A DNA stretch of 64,000 nucleotides from Christensenellales bacterium (GCA_040768905.1 JAXGMA010000001.1:1619806-1683805); one strand, 5' to 3'. Positions 39,856 to 50,329 are shown, counted from the stretch's first letter. Notes: generated from the sequence alone by a model not told the origin. Translations and numbers: made by a program.

Positions 39856-40467
39856 ATGGTTTTGTGTTATATCGGGACAGCTCTTATAGGCTATCTGATC
39901 GGATGTGTATCTTTCGGTTATATTTTCGCAAAACTTTTTAAGGGTAAGGACATCCGGGACGTTGGCAGCGGGAACGCGGGCACCGCCAACGTGATCCGCA
40001 ATTACGGCTGGGTCATCGGGCTGCTGACGTTTATCGGTGATGTGGCAAAGGGCGCCGGCGCGGCATATATCGGCTATTTGCTTTGCCCGCAAGGTATGCT
40101 TTTCGGCTCCCCTGTCCCCATCAGTGTGTGCATCGGCGGTCTTTCGGCCGTTGTCGGCCACATCTGGCCGGTTTTTCTTAAATTCCGCGGCGGCAAAGGC
40201 GTCGCAACAACGCTGGGCGTCTTTCTTATCATGATGCCGCTTTACACAGCCATAGGGCTTGGCATCAGCATCATTCTGATCGCAGTCACACGCATGATGT
40301 CCGTCGGTTCGCTCACAGGTACGCTGCTGATGGCGTCTGCCTCCTTTATTTTCTTCTTTGGCGATATCTGGCACAACGCCACATGCGTGCTGCTCTTCAT
40401 ACTCGTGTTTTATTCGCACAGGGCAAACTTAAAAAGGCTTGCTTTAGGCAAAGAAAACCAGCTTTAA
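39856..40467 (+). CDS. plsY: Glycerol-3-phosphate acyltransferase PlsY
   Basis: The motifs GSGNAGTANV and FLKFRGGKGVAT are present. Confidence 0.92.
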   Translation: MVLCYIGTALIGYLIGCVSFGYIFAKLFKGKDIRDVGSGNAGTANVIRNYGWVIGLLTFIGDVAKGAGAAYIGYLLCPQGMLFGSPVPISVCIGGLSAVVGHIWPVFLKFRGGKGVATTLGVFLIMMPLYTAIGLGISIILIAVTRMMSVGSLTGTLLMASASFIFFFGDIWHNATCVLLFILVFYSHRANLKRLALGKENQL

Positions 40468-40476
40468 GGAGGATAA

Positions 40477-41031
40477 ATGCTGCAAATCATCATTATCGTT
40501 TTAGTGCTCGCGGCTGACCAGCTGAGCAAATATCTGCTCGTACCGGTGCTTGAGACGCTGCCCGGCCGGACGCTGCCGGTCATTGAAAACGTGTTCCATC
40601 TCACCTATGTGAAAAACCACGGGGCATCTTTTGGGATCCTGCAGGGCATGCGCATATTTTTTATTATCACTACTGTCATCGTGCTTTTGATCGTCGGATA
40701 TTATATGATCCGCGGCAGAAAATCACAGCCGCGGTTTTTACGCATCTGCCTTGCGCTGTTGTTCGGCGGCGCGCTCGGCAACCTGTTTGACAGGGTGGCC
40801 TTCTCATTTGTGCGTGACCTGTTCGAATTTAGGTTCAGCTTTTTCCCCTGGGTGTTCAACGTGGCAGACGCAAGCCTTGTTATCGGGTCGATCATGCTTG
40901 GGATATATCTGCTTTTTATCTATAAGGGCAAAGAAAAGGGGGGCGCTAGACTCTTTGCGCAAACCAAAAAAGACACAGAAAAAGATTTTGCACACCCACC
41001 TAGTGACACTGAAGATGGCGCAGATGGATAG
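40477..41031 (+). CDS. lspA: Lipoprotein signal peptidase II
   Basis: The motifs DQLSK, NHGASFG, GNLFDR and FNVAD are present. There is a charged C-terminal extension. Confidence 0.9.
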   Translation: MLQIIIIVLVLAADQLSKYLLVPVLETLPGRTLPVIENVFHLTYVKNHGASFGILQGMRIFFIITTVIVLLIVGYYMIRGRKSQPRFLRICLALLFGGALGNLFDRVAFSFVRDLFEFRFSFFPWVFNVADASLVIGSIMLGIYLLFIYKGKEKGGARLFAQTKKDTEKDFAHPPSDTEDGADG

Positions 41032-41087
41032 GCCAAAGCCTAAAAAAGAACCGCTGGCGATCCGGCTGGCCGCGTGATCAGGGTTTG

Positions 41088-42065
41088 CTAAATTATGCAG
41101 CTTAATATTTCTTCCAGCGTGATGTTGTAAAAATAGTCTTGTACGCCGCAGTCCTGCAGCGCTTTATTTATGTCTCCTTCCTTGTATGGGCATCCGACAA
41201 GCTTTTTTGCCATTTCTTCTATGCCTTCTTTTGCAAAAAAATCGCCGAAGAAACGGATATCGGCAATCTTTCCGCTTTCCACAAACGCCTGTACGCAGAG
41301 CTTACCGCCCGCAAACCTTTTTTCTTTGGTTCTGTTGAATTTTGGGTTGTTGCCAAAGTTCCACTCCCAGGTGTCAAACTGTGCGCGCTTTATTTCCATG
41401 ACATTCTCGATATCCTTTTGGCTCAGATCATATGTCTCCATACCTTTGAGCAGGCCACCGAGCATGGCTTCTTTGAATTCAAGGCTGGTCATTTTGGTTT
41501 GCAAATGCTCTGCGATATTGGTCACCCTCTGGCGCACAGACTGTATGCCCTTGGAGATGATCTTTTCATCATCCACGCTGAGCGCGCGCACGAGCGCCTC
41601 AAGGTCGGTGTCAAACAGCAGCGAGCCGTGGTGCAGCGTCAAAGCCTTGCGCATATACTGAGCGTTGCCCGAGAATTTTCTGCCCCCGATCACAAGATCG
41701 TTCCGTCCGCTTCTTTGCGCATTCACGCCAAGAGATAAGAGTACGTCAAGTATCGGCTGCGTATAGGTTTCAAACTCGATCCGGCTCTCCCCCGGCTTTT
41801 TGCTGATGAACGAAAACTGCCAGCCGTTTTGGTCGGTATAGATGGTGCCGCCGCCTGTGATGCGCCGCACGATATTGATATTGTGCGCTTTGGCGTACGG
41901 CATGTTGATTTCCTGCAGTGTATTCTGATACCTGCCGACCATCAGCGTGGGCGTTGTGCGCCAGAATATGAAATATCCATCCGCGATATCAAGCGCGTCC
42001 ATGGCGTATTTTTCAAGCGCGAAATTGAAGTTGGCATCGTCGCTTTCGCTTTTCAGATAGATCAT
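41088..42065 (-). CDS. lplA: Lipoate--protein ligase
   Basis: 325 aa containing [10 protein letters not shown] and GRKFSGNAQ (a BPL/LPL catalytic-domain motif). Confidence 0.85.
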   Translation of the reverse strand: MIYLKSESDDANFNFALEKYAMDALDIADGYFIFWRTTPTLMVGRYQNTLQEINMPYAKAHNINIVRRITGGGTIYTDQNGWQFSFISKKPGESRIEFETYTQPILDVLLSLGVNAQRSGRNDLVIGGRKFSGNAQYMRKALTLHHGSLLFDTDLEALVRALSVDDEKIISKGIQSVRQRVTNIAEHLQTKMTSLEFKEAMLGGLLKGMETYDLSQKDIENVMEIKRAQFDTWEWNFGNNPKFNRTKEKRFAGGKLCVQAFVESGKIADIRFFGDFFAKEGIEEMAKKLVGCPYKEGDINKALQDCGVQDYFYNITLEEILSCII

Positions 42066-42922
42066 TTATGCTTCCCCATTTCCTTGACAGCTTCAATGGC
42101 GTTGTAGGAGCTTCTGACAAACGGCCCGCTTGCAACGTATCTAAAGCCTTTTTCCAAACCGATGCGTTTATAATCCTCAAACTGGTCAGGATGTATGTAC
42201 TGCGCCACCGGGATGTGGTATTTGGAGGGCGCAAGGTATTGGCCTATAGTCAGTATATCGCAGCCCGCAGCCAAAAGATCATCCATGACATCTGTCACTT
42301 CGTTTTGTGTTTCTCCCAGCCCGACCATAAGCCCTGTTTTGCTGCATACGCCGGCCTGTTTGACGCGGGAAAGCAGCTCAAGCGAACGCGTATACTTTGC
42401 CTCCGGCCGCACTGCCGCATATAACGAGGGCACCGTCTCGATATTATGGTTAATGATGTCCGGCTGCGCACTGATCACCGTTTGCAGTGCATCCAAACTG
42501 CCCTGAAAATCCGGTATAAGCACCTCCACAGTGCTCTTTGGCAGCCGTTTTTTGAGCGCAGCAACGGTTTTGGCAAAATGCGCAGCGCCCCCGTCGGGCA
42601 GATCGTCCCTGGTCACACTGGTGACAACCACGTGCAGTAACGAAAGTTTCTCCGCAGCTCTCGCCACGTTTTCCGGCTCATCAGCATCGACGGGAACTGC
42701 CGTGCCCTTACCGACGGCGCAAAACCGGCAGCTGCGTGTACACACGTCCCCAAGTATCATAAAGGTTGCCGTTTTATTGGCAAAGCACTCCCCCCTGTTC
42801 GGGCAGTCCGCGCCTTCGCACACCGTATGGAGTTTCAATGCGCGCAGCATCTCCTCCATTTTCTCGATGGCGCCGGTATCTATCCTTTTTTTCAGCCACT
42901 CCGGCTTGCGGGAAATTGCCAT
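42062..42922 (-). CDS. lipA: Lipoyl synthase
   Basis: The two Cys clusters [12 protein letters not shown] and [10 protein letters not shown] are present. The start is at [11 protein letters not shown]. The longer ORF-track N-terminus is unlikely. Confidence 0.9.
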   Translation of the reverse strand: MAISRKPEWLKKRIDTGAIEKMEEMLRALKLHTVCEGADCPNRGECFANKTATFMILGDVCTRSCRFCAVGKGTAVPVDADEPENVARAAEKLSLLHVVVTSVTRDDLPDGGAAHFAKTVAALKKRLPKSTVEVLIPDFQGSLDALQTVISAQPDIINHNIETVPSLYAAVRPEAKYTRSLELLSRVKQAGVCSKTGLMVGLGETQNEVTDVMDDLLAAGCDILTIGQYLAPSKYHIPVAQYIHPDQFEDYKRIGLEKGFRYVASGPFVRSSYNAIEAVKEMGKHK

Positions 42923-43040
42923 AAGCTCCTCCTCGTTTGATTTATTATAATTGAACAGCCCAGATAAAAGCAAGGCTGACCACCTTAAGCCCCTTATCTG
43001 CAGCATTGATAATGCGCGGCGTTAATGGTAGAATGGCCGC

Positions 43041-43952
43041 ATGGAAGAAAAGGAAATCACCGTTGAGCAAAATGCGGACAGGCTTGACAAATACCTTGCT
43101 GAAAACTTGGCGTTGTCGCGCTCACACATTAAAAACGCCGTTATTTCGGGTGATATACTTATCAACGGCGCACCCGGAAGGCCGAGCGATAAATTAAAGG
43201 CCGGCGATACAGTCACGGTAAAGATACATCCGCCGTCTGAACCTAAAGCCGCGCCCGAAGATATTCCCATAGATATCATTTATGAGGATGCTTGGTTGGC
43301 GGTCGTCAACAAGCCCCAGGGCATGGTCGTGCATCCAGCCGCAGGCAACCAGACCGGCACGCTTGTCAGCGCGCTGCTTTACCGTATCACAGACTTATCG
43401 GGAATAAACGGACAGCTGCGCCCCGGCATCGTGCATCGGCTCGACAAGGACACTTCAGGCCTGCTCGTCATCGCCAAGAACGATACGGCCCATACCTCGC
43501 TCGCAGAGCAGATCGCACAGAAAACGGCGCGGCGCATCTATGCAGCCATCGTGCACGGCAATATCAAGGAAGATACTCTCACAATAGACAAGCCCATCGG
43601 ACGCAGCCGGAGAGACCGTAAAAAAATGGCTGTGGAGGCGTCCGGGCGAAGCGCTGTTACGCATATCCGCGTTCTTGAGCGGTTCGGCGCTTATACGTTT
43701 ATCGAGGCGGAGCTTAACACGGGCAGGACGCACCAGATACGCGTACACCTCTCCAGCATACAGCGGCCTGTGGCGGGAGATAGTGTATACGGCCCCAAAG
43801 ATGCAAAGCTGCATGGCGGCGGCCAGCTGCTTCACGCCAAAACGCTTGTACTGCGCCACCCGCAGACGGGCAAGCAAATGGTTTTTCATGCGCCGCTGCC
43901 GGATTACTTTGAAAAGTCGCTTGCATATTTAAGGAACGGCCTTCGACAATGA
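43041..43952 (+). CDS. rluD: RluA-family 23S rRNA pseudouridine synthase (RluD-like) with an S4 domain
   Basis: It has an S4-like N-terminus, the catalytic HRLDKDTSGLLV motif and TGRTHQIRVH. Confidence 0.87.
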   Translation: MEEKEITVEQNADRLDKYLAENLALSRSHIKNAVISGDILINGAPGRPSDKLKAGDTVTVKIHPPSEPKAAPEDIPIDIIYEDAWLAVVNKPQGMVVHPAAGNQTGTLVSALLYRITDLSGINGQLRPGIVHRLDKDTSGLLVIAKNDTAHTSLAEQIAQKTARRIYAAIVHGNIKEDTLTIDKPIGRSRRDRKKMAVEASGRSAVTHIRVLERFGAYTFIEAELNTGRTHQIRVHLSSIQRPVAGDSVYGPKDAKLHGGGQLLHAKTLVLRHPQTGKQMVFHAPLPDYFEKSLAYLRNGLRQ

Positions 43953-43956
43953 AGTG

Positions 43957-43985
43957 TTGACTTTTCAAGGGCAGTTGTCTATAAT
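43957..43985 (+). promoter_or_regulatory. Near-consensus sigma-A promoter of rpsU
   Basis: TTGACT (43957-43962), a 17-nt spacer, then TATAAT (43980-43985). Confidence 0.6.
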
Positions 43986-44058
43986 GGTCTAAGCTAAAAA
44001 ACTCCCATTAACGAAGCCGTAAGAAAGCTTCATCGGGGTATGGGAGGGAGGGTAATAA

Positions 44059-44232
44059 GTGGCAGAAATTCGTGTTGGTGAAAATGAATCTTTGGAGAAT
44101 GCGCTTAAGCGTTTTAAGCGACTGACTGCAAGAGAAGGAACGTTGGCTGAATTAAGAAAGCGCGAGCACTACGAAAAACCGAGCGTGAAGAGAAAGAAGA
44201 AGGCAGAAGCGGCTCGGAAGAGAAAACACTAA
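44059..44232 (+). CDS. rpsU: 30S ribosomal protein S21 (57 aa; below the ORF-track size cut-off)
   Basis: The start is GTG and the translation is [66 protein letters not shown] lies 7 nt upstream. Confidence 0.9.
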   Translation: MAEIRVGENESLENALKRFKRLTAREGTLAELRKREHYEKPSVKRKKKAEAARKRKH

Positions 44233-44251
44233 GTCTACATAATCGCAGATG

Positions 44252-44277
44252 AACCCGAGGCTTTGCTTCGGGTTTTA
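44252..44277 (+). terminator. Intrinsic terminator after rpsU
   Basis: AACCCGAGG-CTTTG-CTTCGGGTT followed by TTATTG. Confidence 0.6.
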
Positions 44278-44311
44278 TTGTCCCTGACGAATGAGGCTGA
44301 AAGGAATATTT

Positions 44312-45595
44312 ATGAAAAGATTATTCTGCGTGCTGGCCGTGCTGTCCTTCGTACTGGCTCTGCTTATACCGGGCACAGCGCAAGCTCAGAGCAGCCAGGT
44401 GCTGGTGGTGGATGTCAAGGGCGAGGTCAATGCGGCGATGAGCGCGTATATCGCGCAGGCCATCACCGAAGCGGAAGAGGCATCGATGCCTGTGGTGCTC
44501 GATATCGACACTTACGGCGGCCAGGTGCTCGAGGCGGATACTATCAAAAAAACGCTGCTTGCGGCTGGCGTGCCTGTGCATGCCTATATCAGAGCCAACG
44601 CACTTTCTGCAGGCGTCCTTATCTCTATATCCTGCGAATCCATCATCATGGCGCCCTCGGCGGTGATCGGCGCAGCGGAGACCATCCCCAATGATGAAAA
44701 AACGCTCTCCACATGGATTGGTATCCTCACATCAGCCGCTGAAGCCCGCGGATATGACCCGCAGTTGGTAAAAGCGATGGCCGACAAACGTTACGCCATT
44801 GAGGGCTTGACGCAAGAGGATGAGCTGCTCACGCTGCGCGCCGCCGATGCGCTGGCATTTGGGCTCTCCAGCGGCACCGCGGCGACACTCAATGATGCGC
44901 TGGCGATGCTTGGTTACGGGGAGCATACAGTCATCAGCAAACCCATGAGCTTTCCCGTCCGGGCTGCGCAGTTTTTAACCTCCACACCAATTTTAAGCCT
45001 TTTATTCCTCGCGGCCATCGTATGCATGGGCATCGAGATCATGACGCCGGGGTTCGGCATTTTCGGCATCGTCTCAATTGTCTGTTTCGGGCTTTATTTC
45101 GGCGGCGGATTTCTTGCCGGCTATGCCGAGTGTTGGAGCGTGGCTCTGTTCCTGCTGGGCATCGTGTTTATCGGAATTGAGATCACCGTGCCCGGTTTTG
45201 GCGTTTTCGGCGTGCTCGGTATCATCGCACTGGGGGTAGGCCTTCTTTTTGCCACACGCGATGCTGCAACGTTTTTGACCGCGCTCGCTGTCGGCCTCGT
45301 TGGCGGCATCATTGCCCTTCCTCTCCTTTATAAGCTCTTCAAACGCTTAGGGCTTTTGCGCAGGATCGTGCTGTTTGCCAACATGACCCCAGAAGAAGGC
45401 TATGTCAGCCATGATTTTGGCACAAGCCTTGTGGGGCAGGAGGGCGTAGCCCTGACAGACCTCCGGCCTGCGGGTTTCGCGCGCATAAACGGCGTGCGCA
45501 CAGAGGTCATCTCCTCGGGTGCCTTCATTGAGAAAGGCACACAGGTCACCGTGATCAAGCATACGCCCGGCCGCATAGAAGTAGACGCAAGATAA
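44312..45595 (+). CDS. nfeD: NfeD-family membrane-bound ClpP-class serine protease (long form)
   Basis: It has a signal peptide, a ClpP-like domain (DIDTYGGQVLEADTI...ALSAGVLISISC), several TM segments and a C-terminal NfeD OB domain (GFARINGVRTEVISSG). Confidence 0.8.
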   Translation: MKRLFCVLAVLSFVLALLIPGTAQAQSSQVLVVDVKGEVNAAMSAYIAQAITEAEEASMPVVLDIDTYGGQVLEADTIKKTLLAAGVPVHAYIRANALSAGVLISISCESIIMAPSAVIGAAETIPNDEKTLSTWIGILTSAAEARGYDPQLVKAMADKRYAIEGLTQEDELLTLRAADALAFGLSSGTAATLNDALAMLGYGEHTVISKPMSFPVRAAQFLTSTPILSLLFLAAIVCMGIEIMTPGFGIFGIVSIVCFGLYFGGGFLAGYAECWSVALFLLGIVFIGIEITVPGFGVFGVLGIIALGVGLLFATRDAATFLTALAVGLVGGIIALPLLYKLFKRLGLLRRIVLFANMTPEEGYVSHDFGTSLVGQEGVALTDLRPAGFARINGVRTEVISSGAFIEKGTQVTVIKHTPGRIEVDAR

Positions 45596-45645
45596 GATCA
45601 TCCGCCTATTGCGGCACTGTTACGCTTAACTGTTCCTGATGCCAG

Positions 45646-45678
45646 AAGAAGGCAGGCCACCCTGCCTTCTTTTTTTTA
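45646..45678 (+). terminator. Strong intrinsic terminator after nfeD
   Basis: AAGAAGGCAGG-CCAC-CCTGCCTTCTT followed by TTTTTTT. Confidence 0.72.
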
Positions 45679-45724
45679 TGCTGTACGCATAAAGATAAAC
45701 GATAGCGGCACGGAGTGTATTATT

Positions 45725-46003
45725 TTGAAGAAGCTTCGCGAAATTAGAAAACGAATCGTATCGGCATTCGAGCTTGCGCCCGAAGCGGCGGGCAGCACGC
45801 GTCTGACGCTGATCGACAACACGCGCGTGTGCCTTGAAAACCACAAGGGCATAGCCGAGTACACCCAAAAAAGCGTCCGTATCCGCACGCATGTGCTTTG
45901 CATCATCATCAACGGCAGCGCGCTTTGCCTTGAGCGGTTCGGGCGTGAAAGTGTCGTGGTCAGCGGAAATATACACGCCATACAGTTTGAAAATCTGCGG
46001 TAA
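45725..46003 (+). CDS. yqfC: Sporulation protein YqfC
   Basis: 92 aa with a TTG start. The YabP/YqfC-like pattern is present (LIDNTRVCLENHKGIAEYTQKSVRI). It is followed by yqfD and phoH, as in Bacillus. Confidence 0.75.
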   Translation: MKKLREIRKRIVSAFELAPEAAGSTRLTLIDNTRVCLENHKGIAEYTQKSVRIRTHVLCIIINGSALCLERFGRESVVVSGNIHAIQFENLR

Positions 46004-46007
46004 AAAG

Positions 46008-47183
46008 GTGGAAAGCGCCATTTTGAGATTATGGAATTATTTTGCCGGATATGTTATGATACGCGTAGAAGGCCTCTCTCTTGAGAAGTTTTTGAACACG
46101 GCTTTGGATCTGCACATTGCCGTGTTGGATGCACGGCGGCTTTCCTATACCGCGCTTTGCGCTGTGGTCAATATGCGCGGCTATAAAAAGCTGCTCGAAG
46201 CTCTTTCCGCACGCTACGCCATCACCGCAGAAAAAAAGGCGGGCGTGGCATTTGGGGTCAAGTGGCTCACGCGGCGCAAAGTGCTGTTTTTTGGTCTTCT
46301 GTTGATTGCGGCCGCGGTGTTTGCCGCTTCGTTTTTCGTATTTGAGGTGCGCGTCAGCGGGCTCGAGTTTGGCGCTGCGCAGGCGCTCAAAGAGGAGCTT
46401 TCTGCGCTCGGCATTTACAGCGGCGCGTTCAAAGGCAGCATTGATCCAAAGTATTCAGAAACGCAGCTGCTCATTGCGCATGAGGAATTTGCCTGGATCA
46501 ATATAAGGATACACGGCGCAATTGCCGAGGTACAGGTGGTGCTTTGTGAGCCTGTGCCGCAAATCGTTGATGACACACGCCCCTGCAACATCGTTGCTGT
46601 TAAAGATGCGCATATCAAACGCATCACGGCAAGGACAGGGCGGGCGCTTGTTAAAGCTGGCGACACGGTCCGCGCAGGAGACGTGCTGATATCCGGCCTT
46701 ATATGGGATGCAGGCTTAAAACGCATGCTGTTCGCCGCACGGGGCGATGTGATCGGAAGCGTATGGTACACGGCAAGCGCCAGTGCGCCTCTGTATAAAC
46801 AGACATACACGGCCACAGGCCGAACGCAGACACAGCGCATCATCGTGATCGGCGCGGACAGGGCGGATATCGACGCAGCGTGCACATTTGAAAACTTTCA
46901 GACACGCGTATTAGAAACGCGGGATGTCGTCGGGCTATTTCTTCCGGTCAAGATATTGCTTCTTGAGCACAGCGAAACAAAGCTTATCTGCGAGCCCGTC
47001 GACACGCAAATCATCAAGGCTGACATTGAGGAACGCGCCTACTGCGACGCTGCAGCAAAAGCGCAGGCAGATGTCGTCGCGCATGTGCCGGTGTTTTCCG
47101 AGCAGGACGGGATACTGCATGTCACTGTCTATTTGCAGACATATGAAGACATCGGAAAAGTTGTCTATTTGGAGGATTATTAA
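46008..47183 (+). CDS. yqfD: Sporulation protein YqfD (stage IV-like)
   Basis: It starts VESAILRLWNYFAGYVMIRVEGLSLEKFLN, has a single TM segment and shows conserved synteny. The GTG start lies 5 nt after the yqfC stop. The ORF-track start overlaps yqfC. Confidence 0.75.
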   Translation: MESAILRLWNYFAGYVMIRVEGLSLEKFLNTALDLHIAVLDARRLSYTALCAVVNMRGYKKLLEALSARYAITAEKKAGVAFGVKWLTRRKVLFFGLLLIAAAVFAASFFVFEVRVSGLEFGAAQALKEELSALGIYSGAFKGSIDPKYSETQLLIAHEEFAWINIRIHGAIAEVQVVLCEPVPQIVDDTRPCNIVAVKDAHIKRITARTGRALVKAGDTVRAGDVLISGLIWDAGLKRMLFAARGDVIGSVWYTASASAPLYKQTYTATGRTQTQRIIVIGADRADIDAACTFENFQTRVLETRDVVGLFLPVKILLLEHSETKLICEPVDTQIIKADIEERAYCDAAAKAQADVVAHVPVFSEQDGILHVTVYLQTYEDIGKVVYLEDY

Positions 47184-48158
47184 TTGGAAACGACCAACGT
47201 CGAACTTGGCATCGAGGTAGAAAATATTGACCATCTTATCGCGCTTTTCGGCGCGTTTGACGAAAACTTAAAGGCTCTTGAAAAAGAAACGGGCGCGAGC
47301 ATCATACCGCGCAATACACATGTGGCGATATACGGACGGCGCGAGGAAGCCGAACTTGCCAAAACGGTGGTGGACAAGCTTCTTAGCATGATCTGCAGGC
47401 ATGAGAAAGTAGACCTTTCACGCATCCGTTATGCCGTAGAGCTCGCACGCGAAGGCAACGCCGACGCCATAGAAGAGATCATGACTGACGTGATCGCCAT
47501 CACGAGCAAAGGGCGGCAGGTCAAAAGCCGGACCATCGGCCAGAAACGCTATGTCAAAGCCATGCGTGAAAACACAGTGGTTTTTGCCATAGGCCCCGCG
47601 GGCACCGGCAAGACTTATCTCGCAATGGCCATGGCCGTCGTCGCGCTCAAAAACAAAGAGGTGGAACGCATCATATTGACGCGCCCGGCAGTTGAAGCCG
47701 GCGAAAGCCTCGGCTTTCTGCCCGGCGATCTGCAGACAAAGGTGGATCCGTACCTGCGCCCTCTTTATGACGCGCTTTATGAGCTGCTTGGCGGTGAAAT
47801 GTATGCCCGCCTCTCCGAACGCGGCGCCATTGAGGTCGCGCCGCTTGCGTACATGCGCGGGCGCACGCTTTCCGACGCCTTCATCGTGCTTGACGAAGCG
47901 CAGAACTGTACGGAAGAGCAGATGAAGATGTTTCTCACAAGGTTTGGCGAAAATGCACGCGTCGTTGTTACGGGAGATATCACTCAGATAGATCTGCCCA
48001 AAGAGAAAAAAAGCGGCTTGAAGCAATGCATCAGCATACTTGAAGGCGTGGACGGTATCAGTGTTCAGTATCTGACGCACAAAGATGTGGTGCGCCACGA
48101 GCTGGTGCAAAGCATCATCCGGGCTTACGAAAGATATGAGAAAACCCAGAGGAGGTGA
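47184..48158 (+). CDS. phoH: PhoH-family ATPase
   Basis: It has Walker A (GPAGTGKTYLAMA), LDEAQN and the PhoH signature. The start is TTG. Confidence 0.92.
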   Translation: METTNVELGIEVENIDHLIALFGAFDENLKALEKETGASIIPRNTHVAIYGRREEAELAKTVVDKLLSMICRHEKVDLSRIRYAVELAREGNADAIEEIMTDVIAITSKGRQVKSRTIGQKRYVKAMRENTVVFAIGPAGTGKTYLAMAMAVVALKNKEVERIILTRPAVEAGESLGFLPGDLQTKVDPYLRPLYDALYELLGGEMYARLSERGAIEVAPLAYMRGRTLSDAFIVLDEAQNCTEEQMKMFLTRFGENARVVVTGDITQIDLPKEKKSGLKQCISILEGVDGISVQYLTHKDVVRHELVQSIIRAYERYEKTQRR

Positions 48159-48162
48159 CCGC

Positions 48163-50325
48163 ATGGCTGCAGCCACCAAAAAGAGAAAAACCGCGGCCAG
48201 GAAGCAGCTGCTGATCGCTGCAGTGATCGGCTTTTGCACGCTGCTGATCGTCTTTGCCCTTGTCTCACTTTCCGTCACGCCTGTCAAATACGATATATCG
48301 GTCGGCGAAGTGGCCCCCGTGTCTTTAACGGCCAGCCGCGACGTGATCGACACGGTGTCAACAAATGCGGCAATAGATCAGGTGCGTGCAGATGTCCAGC
48401 CGATTTATACGATTATCAACAGCATCACACAGGAATCGCAGCAGGCCATACTTTCGTATTTTGAAAAGGTGCAGACCGTCAATACCAGGGTCCGCAATCA
48501 ATATATAAGCCATCAGCAATTCGAAGACCCAAGCAACCCGCGCGAGCATTATATGTCGCTGTTCGATGCTTCAAAAGTGGCGTGGGACGAATTTTTGGAG
48601 CCGGAGGATTACAACGCCGTCCGCTCCGAATTCGGCGATATGTCCATATCCGAAGAAACCGTCCGCGCAATGGCCGCGTTAAACAACGAACAAATCGCCT
48701 CAATGGCCGATGCAGTCATCAGCCTGGCTTCGGGCGCGCAAAGCAGCGGGATCACCGAAGAGAAGCTGGATGCCGAAAAAGCCGTTATACTGCAGAATCT
48801 GACCACGCTGTATCCGGATAACGCCAAAGCTTCCGTCGCTTACTACCCTATCAACCATGCGCTCAAGGCCAATAAGCTTTTAGATTTGCAGGCCACCCAG
48901 CAGGCGCGCGAAGAAGCAGCGTCTGAAGTGCAGTCCATCATCTATAAACAAAACCAGACAGTAGTTGTGGCCGGCGATGTGGTCACAGAGGCACAGTATG
49001 CCGTACTGCTCGCTCTTGGGGTCGTCGGCAGCAACAATATTGACTATATGCTCTATATCGGCGTTTTTCTTCTGCTTGCGCTGCTTTTTGGCGTCTATTC
49101 GGTTTATATCAAACAATTTGAACCCGACGTCTTTAGCGAAACAAGAAAGCTTCTTGTGATTGCAAGCGTCATCATCATCGTGACCGCCATTGCTTTACCG
49201 CTGGCGCGGCTCGATACACGTGTCAATCCTGTGTTTTTTGGTACTTTGCTGGTGTGCGTGCTGGTGTCACAAAGAAGCGCGCTTGTCCTGAATATCCTGC
49301 TGGCGTCCGTCACCGGCCTTATCGCATCATGGCAGACAGGCATCATGAGTTCACCCATGCTGCTCGCGCTGGTCACAGCGGCCGTAGGCGGCTCAGTCAG
49401 CGTGTTTGCGCTGCACAAGCCCGGCCATCGTTCATCGCTTTTAACCGCAGGCCTTTTGGGCGGTGCAGCAGGCACTGCGGCAGTGCTCTTGATCGGCCTT
49501 GTGGGCAGCACAGCCACGATTTGGGACAACCTGTTTGTCGACGGCGCCTTCGCTTTAGGGAGCGGCCTTTTGGGCGGCGTGCTGGCCATCGGGACTCTTC
49601 CGATCTGGGAAGCCGTATTCCGTGTTTCCACACCTGCCAAACTGCTAGAGCTATCCAACCTCAACCATCCGCTGCTCAAGCGGCTGACCGTTGAGGCGCC
49701 CGGCACTTACCACCACAGCGTACTCACGGCGAACCTTGCGGAAGCAGGCGCTGATACGTTGGGTGCCAACGCACTTCTTTGCCGGGTTGGCGCATATTTT
49801 CATGATGTAGGCAAGCTCATGCGCCCGCGCTATTTTAACGAAAACCAGAAAGGGGAAAACCCGCATGACGAGCTTGACCCCCATGAGAGCGCTAAGATCA
49901 TAACAGCCCATGTCGAGCAGGGCCTTATGCTTGCGCACCGTTATAAGCTGCCCCGCGAAGTACAGAACATCATGATGCAGCACCATGGTGACAGTATCGT
50001 TCCGTATTTTTTCCACAAAGCCAGCCAAGCAGGCCTGTCACCCAAAGAGAAGGATTTCAAATACCTGGGCAGCCGGCCTTCCACAAAGGAATCAGCCATC
50101 GTGATGCTTGCAGACTGCGTGGAAGCAGCCGTACGCAGTATGAACGACCCAGACCGCGACCAGGTCAAAGACATGATAGACAAGCTTTTCCGTGATAAGT
50201 ATAATGACGGGCAGCTTGATGACTGCCCTTTGAGCCGGCGCGATCTTAACAGGCTTGCACAGGCGTTTTTACATGTATTTGACGGCGCGCTGCACGAGCG
50301 CGTCAAATATCCAGATCAGGAGTAG
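48163..50325 (+). CDS. pgpH: 7TM-receptor-linked HD/HDIG phosphohydrolase (YqfF/PgpH-like)
   Basis: It has an extracellular N-domain, a 7-TM block and a C-terminal HD domain (HHSVLTANLA...YFHDVGK...HHGD). Confidence 0.85.
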   Translation: MAAATKKRKTAARKQLLIAAVIGFCTLLIVFALVSLSVTPVKYDISVGEVAPVSLTASRDVIDTVSTNAAIDQVRADVQPIYTIINSITQESQQAILSYFEKVQTVNTRVRNQYISHQQFEDPSNPREHYMSLFDASKVAWDEFLEPEDYNAVRSEFGDMSISEETVRAMAALNNEQIASMADAVISLASGAQSSGITEEKLDAEKAVILQNLTTLYPDNAKASVAYYPINHALKANKLLDLQATQQAREEAASEVQSIIYKQNQTVVVAGDVVTEAQYAVLLALGVVGSNNIDYMLYIGVFLLLALLFGVYSVYIKQFEPDVFSETRKLLVIASVIIIVTAIALPLARLDTRVNPVFFGTLLVCVLVSQRSALVLNILLASVTGLIASWQTGIMSSPMLLALVTAAVGGSVSVFALHKPGHRSSLLTAGLLGGAAGTAAVLLIGLVGSTATIWDNLFVDGAFALGSGLLGGVLAIGTLPIWEAVFRVSTPAKLLELSNLNHPLLKRLTVEAPGTYHHSVLTANLAEAGADTLGANALLCRVGAYFHDVGKLMRPRYFNENQKGENPHDELDPHESAKIITAHVEQGLMLAHRYKLPREVQNIMMQHHGDSIVPYFFHKASQAGLSPKEKDFKYLGSRPSTKESAIVMLADCVEAAVRSMNDPDRDQVKDMIDKLFRDKYNDGQLDDCPLSRRDLNRLAQAFLHVFDGALHERVKYPDQE

Positions 50326-50329
50326 AGCG

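Noticed and set aside
45626-46021. A 131-aa minus-strand ORF overlapping yqfC.
   Set aside because: The plus-strand 92-aa frame matches the YqfC sporulation protein pattern and fits the conserved yqfC-yqfD-phoH synteny. The minus-strand product has no recognisable features.
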